Source: Eledone cirrhosa (lineage: Eukaryota). Taken from it: a stretch of DNA of 64,000 bases. A model generated the notes under the pieces. The model was not told where the DNA came from. It saw nothing but the letters and a program-made list of their open reading frames with translations, and made no database searches. This document shows positions 55,845 to 64,000 of the stretch, piece by piece (position 1 is the first letter of the stretch; every line of letters starts with the position of its first letter). The stretch lies in NCBI GenBank assembly GCA_964016885.1, contig OZ024741.1, forward strand, positions 182,032,001-182,096,000, written 5' to 3'. The translations under genes were made by a program, and so were the position numbers.

Positions 55845-56320
55845 GTCTAGATCCACACAATTAAGAATTTACTTGGGCGATACTACAAGGATGACGATAT
55901 ATGGACAAACAAAGTAAAAGAGGGCCCTTCTATTTTATTTGAACACGTACAGTGATCGTATATTCTCCAGATAATTCTTTCGCTGTCTTCGATTATTAGA
56001 CAACGTTATGGCTGGGACATCCTTAAAGAGATTTAGCCGATCATATAGACAAGAAGTACGTATTTTCTTTAAAGATTGGTGAAAACTTTATTGATATATT
56101 TTCGTCGAACCCCTAAGTTTCATGACATAAATAGACACATGCAAAAATATAAACACAGACACGGAGACATACATACACCATACATATATATATATCCATC
56201 CATCTCTCTTTCTCTTCTCTGTCTCTCTCCCTCTCTCTCTTTATATTTATATATTATGACAGGCTGAATAAGTCGGATTCCAGAACCCGTAAGTACTTGT
56301 AATTATTTATATGTATATAT

Positions 56321-56512
56321 ATAGGAAAAAGTATGACCCCGACGGCAGAGCTCAAGCCGTTTCGACGGGTATTTCTGTCCAGAAATAACCGTCGAAACGG
56401 CTTGAGCTCTGCCGTCGGCGTCATACTTTTTCCTATTTCCCACTCTACCACCCTAAGTATTGAGTACTCTGGTGCGTTATGGTCCATCTGGTTCCTTACA
56501 ACAACTCCGTCG

Positions 56513-56578
<66 letters not shown>

Positions 56579-56772
56579 CAAAGGAATAGTGGTAAGGAAC
56601 CAAATGGACCATAACGCACCAGAGTACTCAATACTTAGGGTGGTAGAGTGGGAAATAGAAAAAAGTATGACCCCGACGGCAGAGCTCAAGCCGTTTCGAC
56701 GGTTATTTCTGGACTCAGTCCAGAAATAGCCGTCGAAACGGCTTGAGCTCTGGCGTCGGTGTCATACCATTT

Positions 56773-56777
<5 letters not shown>
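56321..56777. mobile_element. Two family-A mini hairpin-plus-tail elements, tail-to-tail across a (TA)n
   Basis: Hairpin 56321-56436 + tail to 56515; (TA)n; inverted tail 56576-56655 + hairpin to 56777. Confidence 0.9.
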
Positions 56778-56831
<54 letters not shown>

Positions 56832-57096
56832 CAGTTGATTTAAAAATATGGCTCTGTTGTTTCTAGGATAATATTATTAAAAGTCACATGGGTAAAAAAG
56901 GAAACAGTAAACTCGAAAAACACAAACACAAGAACAATTTTGCTCTTCGGCTGTCTTCTGTGGATCATTATATATACATATATATATATATATATTAGAA
57001 ATTATAAGCTTTCACGGTAATTTAGACTAAAGAAATGTCTAGCCTGATAGTGGGGTGAAAACTTCTAATTTCTAATTTCCAACCATTTACAATTTG

Positions 57097-57149
<53 letters not shown>

Positions 57150-57232
57150 ATGTGAGTGTGTGTGTGTGTATGTGAGTGTGTGTGTGTGTCTGTGCGTGTC
57201 TGTGTGTGAGTGTGTGTTTGTGTGTCTGTGCT

Positions 57233-57267
<35 letters not shown>

Positions 57268-57453
57268 AGGGCAGTATCGGTAGATGGTCGGACGCCATGC
57301 CTTTGCAGCAAAGTGTTACGGACGGCCATTTATGGTGTGAGTTCAAATCCCGCTGAAGTAAACTTTGCCTTTCATCCTTACATGGTCGATAAAATAAAGT
57401 ACCAGTAATACACTAGGATAATTGCTGGTCTTGTACCAAGAGTAGAAACAATT
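57268..57453 (+). mobile_element. tRNA-derived SINE (main family; further copies at ~19775, 35474, 35645, 39760-39950, 43090, 44005, 46145, 51968, 54325, 55360)
   Basis: Head, core and tail motifs as in the other copies. Confidence 0.85.
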
Positions 57454-58438
57454 ATATATATATACAGGACAGGTTACTGAAAATCTCCGCCTATAAAATC
57501 TATCTGATTTCACTCACGAAGCATCAGTTAATAGTTAAAGACACGTGTTCGTGTTTTCGCAGTTGGACTGAACCCAGAGATGTGTGGCTGCAAGCGAATG
57601 TTTGCATCTACATAAATTTGAATCACTGTCTATAGATATTGATTTAGAAAATAATGTATGAGATATTTTTAAAACAAAGGAATTGGCAGGTTGGCGGTAT
57701 AATTTAAAAACCGGACAATGGTTGGGGTATCTGGCCCAGCTCTGTGTGTTCTTCATTGAACCCTGCCTCCTGCCATGAGTATCGGCAATGGAAAAACTAA
57801 TGGGAACACAGTATCTTTAATCTGAACCTTACTGTTGGATCCTTACCATTAGTTTCCTTCTTTAAAACAATCAATATTAAGAAATAACATTCCGCTAACT
57901 TTGAAGAATATCATAGTTATCGCAGTCATTGCCGTAGTCACCACTGCCGGCGTCGTTGTTGATTAGCCTCCAGGTTAGTCTTCATCGAGCAGACATATGA
58001 TCAAAAGCATTCCAGTCGTTATTATCCCGTCTTTTGTTTTCAAACTTAGTTGTCTCTAAAGATATATTATTGAAAGTGACCTTCACCTTCATTATTTTCC
58101 AACAGACTAAAGTGTGGGAGGCGTGGGAGATTTTCTGCTGATGTTTTGAATAGATTGAAAAGTCCACGTAGAAGCCATCTCGTTGAGGAATAGCAACAAC
58201 AGCATATAATGAGAAAGTACAATGAAGCTCATGATGTTAAAGACAATAAGACTCGAAGTTCAGAAATAATATGAAGAAATTTCTATAGAAAATCTGACCA
58301 TCTGATATTTCAGAAATTTCAAAGAAATGTAAAATTCACTCACATTTAAAATGAATCGAAGAAATTGACTTCAGAAAGGAATTGCCAGACAGAGAGATCA
58401 CCGAGAAGATATATATATATATATTTATCTATTTATTA

Positions 58439-58474
<36 letters not shown>

Positions 58475-58532
58475 GTCTGTTGATCTATTTATCTATTTAT
58501 CTGTCTATCTATATTATATGTCTATATGTGTA

Positions 58533-58596
<64 letters not shown>

Positions 58597-58783
58597 TATA
58601 AATATATATACACATATAGACATATAATATAGATAGACAGATAAATAGATAAATAGATCAACAGACAGATAGATAGATAGATTAATAAATAGATAAATAC
58701 AGATAAAAAAAACAAGTAGACAGAGAGAATCTATTTATCTATTTAACTATCACTTTCTATGTCTCACTTTCTCTCTTTGTATG

Positions 58784-58937
<154 letters not shown>

Positions 58938-59522
58938 CAAGAAATTAAAATACTTTATAAAATATTCTGTTTCTAAAGAAAATCCTTTTCCACGGTGTAC
59001 AATAGAACATGATGTTTTGTTCATTTTAATGGTTTCCACAGTCTCTTTAATGTCCATTTATATCCAGTAAAATCCAGTTATACTTACATGCATACGTATA
59101 AGCACGCACACACAAACACACACACATATGTATATATATATATATATAATGCATATTGTGCCTATTTTGGTTTTCTTTAATCGAAGACAGTTTTCTTCGT
59201 TGTCGTTTATTTTCGTATTAGTTATGATTGAGAAGTTTCTAATAAAAGATATCATCAGTGTTCAAAATGTAGTTTAATCTTTCTTTATATTGCCCTTAAA
59301 GAAATGGTTGCATTGCGTGTGTACGTGTACATGTACGTATACGTATACGTGTACGTGTTCGTGTATGTGTATGTGTACGTGTATGTGTATGCGTATGTTT
59401 GTGTTTACGCACGCGCATACGTGTTTTTGCTTTTACTATAATGTCTTAAAGGACGTGTCAAAGTGTTACAAGCCTGAACTCATGTGCTTTGGAATACATT
59501 TTCGGGGCAAAAATTCTCCCCT

Positions 59523-59639
<117 letters not shown>

Positions 59640-59734
59640 TATAATATCAAGTGTTAACCTAATATATCCCTTCCATACACTGTACCGATTGTGTTGTTAT
59701 TTCTGTTTACCTTTTACATATATATATATATATT

Positions 59735-59985
59735 CTAGGGCGGGTAAAATTCCCGAGATCCGTTGACGAGTTCTCTCCAGCGGTCTCTGTCCCTCATTAT
59801 CGCCTGCCATGTCCTGCGTCTCCAACAGACCAGTGTCTGTCCTTAGGGCATCAATATACGTTAACCTTGGTCTTCCCCTTCCAGTGTGTCCCTGTAGGAG
59901 CTCCCACAGGAGCACTGAATGCAATGTCAACTCTGGATGTCGGTGAGCATGTCCAGCTAACCCCAGTCTCCTCTGTGTCACTTTT
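59735..59985 (-). mobile_element. RTE-type LINE 3' fragment
   Basis: RRLGLAGHAHRHPEL...GRGRPRLTYIDAL; homolog of 41195-41450. Confidence 0.85.
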
Positions 59986-59993
59986 GAGTTGAC

Positions 59994-60094
<101 letters not shown>

Positions 60095-60810
60095 ATATCT
60101 CTCTTTCTCTCTCTCAATACATAAATATATCACTGCAGCTATTCGTGATGTTAAACAGCTTACCTTATCTTTAAGAAAAGAATTATTCTAGTGCACGCGA
60201 ATAAAAGGGACATTGCAGAATGAACTTGCGCTGGTTAATTAAATTCTTTGATGTTGTTATCCATTGTAAATGTCAAATAACCTGAAATATCACAATTTAA
60301 CTTTCTTATATCAATTATAACTTTCTTTCTGTTTTAAACATATAACGCTTTTATTTTTCAAATAAGTAAAAGCTAATGTCATCGCCTTGAAAAATTGGCT
60401 TTAACGTAGTTTGCTCTCTAGCAGCATTTGAACAGTGCTTTCGGGAAGTGATTATCCTAATATCACGGCATGCCAAAACTCTCTTTATTTCATTAGATGC
60501 TTAAAACTAAAACTAAATCTGCTGAATAATTCTCGCTCTTCTTCTCTAATATACATGGAATCCAATTCAACATAGATCCTGCGTGCATCACCTGTTATTA
60601 ACATGAAAAATCACGTTCCCCTTATTCTCTCCAAGCACGGAACTCTGATCTATAATCCATCTCTGCTATCCTGGATACACTTTTTACTTAAATTTCACAC
60701 CATCCTGTAGTGTATGCGCATGTGTATTCCAGTCTACCCGCTACGTAACTATCTCACTTGGACATCAACAACAACATTTTCCAGTTTGTCTAACGCTATT
60801 CGGATAGATA

Positions 60811-60950
60811 TAGCGTGGCTGAGTGGTTAGAAAATTGGATTCGCAATCATGAGGCTCCTGAGTTCGATTCTCCGACCGGGGTGATGCCTTATGTACTTGG
60901 GCAAGACACTTTATTTGACATTGCTCCTTCTACCTGGAGTTGCGACCGGT
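60811..60950 (+). mobile_element. tRNA-derived SINE head
   Basis: A-box TGGCTGAGTGG, B-box GAGTTCGATTC, then CTTGGGCAAGACACTTTA; no closing acceptor stem. Confidence 0.75.
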
Positions 60951-61228
60951 AGAGAGTATTAGCAATTGGAAAGTCTAACGGAAACATTGTTTCCTCGGTC
61001 CGATTTGGCGAAAGTCGATCGACTGTCGATATACCATATATAATTCCCGTACTCATCTTCTTTAACTCCTCTGAACTCACACACTCAACCAATTCAGATA
61101 CAACCCATCGATTCAGAAACCGAATAGTTTGCAATTTACAACTCTCAATATCAACTCGATTCACGCCAACACGTAATATGTAATTTATTTTAGAATTTAT
61201 AAAAAATATCCTCCCCAGGCACAACAGT

Positions 61229-61264
<36 letters not shown>

Positions 61265-61610
61265 ATACGTAAATCCTGATGGAATCAAAAGAGTGCTTTA
61301 GTGATATACAACGTGTCTTAGGATTTAAAACTCGGCGGTGCCCATTCCTTCTCTAGGTGTTACACACAGTTGATTTCCTCCAGAGAAGAAGAGAAAGAAT
61401 GATAGGGAGGAAGTGTGGAGAATAAATAGTCGACTGGAACATTTTTTGTCCTCGAAAGGAGAAAATGCATAGTTGACCCCAGCGGGTTTTGAATTCAGTG
61501 TGCAGAGTGTCAGAACGAATATTGCTTTGTATTATTCGTTCTAACAATGTGCCCAATAATAACTATAAACATATGTCATGTGTCTGTGTGTGTTTGTGTG
61601 TGTTTGCATA

Positions 61611-61690
61611 CAGGGTGTCCCCCCAAAATGTATACTTTATTCAACAGCATTCTAATAAAATTGTGGTATACATTTTTTTGGGACACCTTC
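61611..61690. mobile_element. Tc1/mariner-type mini-MITE
   Basis: TA-CAGGGTGTCCCCCCAAAATGTATAC...GTATACATTTTTTTGGGACACCTTC-TA. Confidence 0.8.
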
Positions 61691-62257
61691 TATATCTTCT
61701 TTGGTGACTCTTAACAATTTACATATACACACACACATATACCCGCGCACAATGCATTTCCTATCTCACTCATTTTGCTACAATTAGAACTTCGCTTTCC
61801 AATCACAAAGTCTTGGTTTCTAACCTTACATCTGTACTTTTAAAATACTTATTTTTCAATGTTACTCATATATTTAATCATGTATGTCATTTGTACATGC
61901 ATGGTAAAATTTATGTAATTATATTCTAGAAATGAATTATTAAAATATTCTTATGTTAGATCATTTTTTGTGTGTCAGTAATCAACATAAATTATAGGGT
62001 TTTCTTAAGCAAACCCTTAATTTATCAAAATTCAAGATTCCCAGTTTGTGTGATTGCTAATGTATCCAGTAATCCTGCTACATACAGCATATCATTCTAG
62101 CTTCCAAAAACTAAATACGTCATTATTGATGACATTGGCCTACTAGTAAAATATAAAGTCCCAAGAACTATTGTGAGTAATATAAGTTCAGTTAGCAGGG
62201 ATAAATAAAAAAATAAAAAGATCACACACAGCTGCATGCACACACAAACACCAGAGC

Positions 62258-62327
<70 letters not shown>

Positions 62328-62404
62328 CGGATCTAGCTGTCGATACGGCCGGACCACAGCCGTCGGGGTCCTGAATCTGTTCATATGTATATATATATAT
62401 ATAT

Positions 62405-63343
<939 letters not shown>

Positions 63344-64000
63344 ATATATATATACATATGCGTGTATGTGCACATGTGCATGTATATTTGTGTGCGTGTG
63401 TGTGCGCGCGCGCACGTGTGTGTGTATATGTATATTTATGTATGTGTATATATTTATGCATGTATATATATATATATATATATATATGGTGGCTGCCAAC
63501 TCGTTTCGAGTACGGCCACTACTTTATATCCATGTAGGAGAACTCCTACTGATGCGCTGCACGAGTGTGACTTTTTAGTCCAGCCAGCGACTTGAAACTC
63601 TGGTACAAACACTACACTTGTGACAATTATTGACACACAGTGCTGGGCCCTTGGTACCATGCGACGACAAGTGCAGAGAGATCTCCAGATATAAAGCAAT
63701 GCCTGTGCCGTGAAGCTTTTATAGTGAGCAAAGGCACTGCACAAAGCCAGTCCCACTCTCTTAACCAAGATGATATTTACCAAAAAGAAGAACAAGTCAA
63801 CATCATTGGATACCATCAGAGTTGCAGGTGTTATATCAGTTTTCTTTCTCCTAGAAATCTGCCTTGACAAAGGCTAAGGGGTCATCTCTCCCGGTGATTT
63901 TGGATAGCCATTGACTCTTAAGAGCTGCTTTGACAGGTTTTGTTTTTAGTCCTGCAGGATGTCCAAAGTCACCCTCCTCACCAAGAAACTTGGTGGGGTT

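Noticed and set aside
60811-60885. tRNA gene
   Set aside because: A and B boxes are present, but there is no acceptor stem and the sequence continues into a SINE body.
63490-64000. 138-aa ORF or gene
   Set aside because: No domain recognised; shares CTTGGTGAGGAGGGTGA with ~24601 on the opposite strand, so more likely an interspersed repeat UTR.

Overview
Eukaryotic, AT-rich, repeat-saturated DNA. No host gene can be supported. The SINE families and microsatellite load resemble an Octopus-like cephalopod genome (inference). Contents: (i) the 5' part of an apparently intact CR1-group LINE on the minus strand. Its ORF1 has Myb/SANT-like and CCCH motifs, and its ORF2 has no AUG before the endonuclease motif but is reachable by a -1 shift at A-AAU-UUU-UUA. 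(ii) Two near-identical 5'-truncated Penelope-like elements (PLEs: RT C-terminus + GIY-YIG, inverted pseudo-LTRs) and a fragment of a second PLE family. (iii) Two decayed Rep/Hel Helitrons plus fragments and non-autonomous copies. (iv) RTE-type LINE fragments, over 20 tRNA-derived SINE copies and two MITEs. (v) The most striking feature: about 16 type I hammerhead ribozyme motifs, folded by eye, from about 7 sequence families. Most lie in short palindrome-plus-single-tail insertions in (TA)n tracts, and three lie in a retrozyme-like 481-bp tandem array. Most listed ORFs (YI/HT/CV/RE/SL repeats) are microsatellite artefacts. Coordinates were read by eye and may be off by a few bases.
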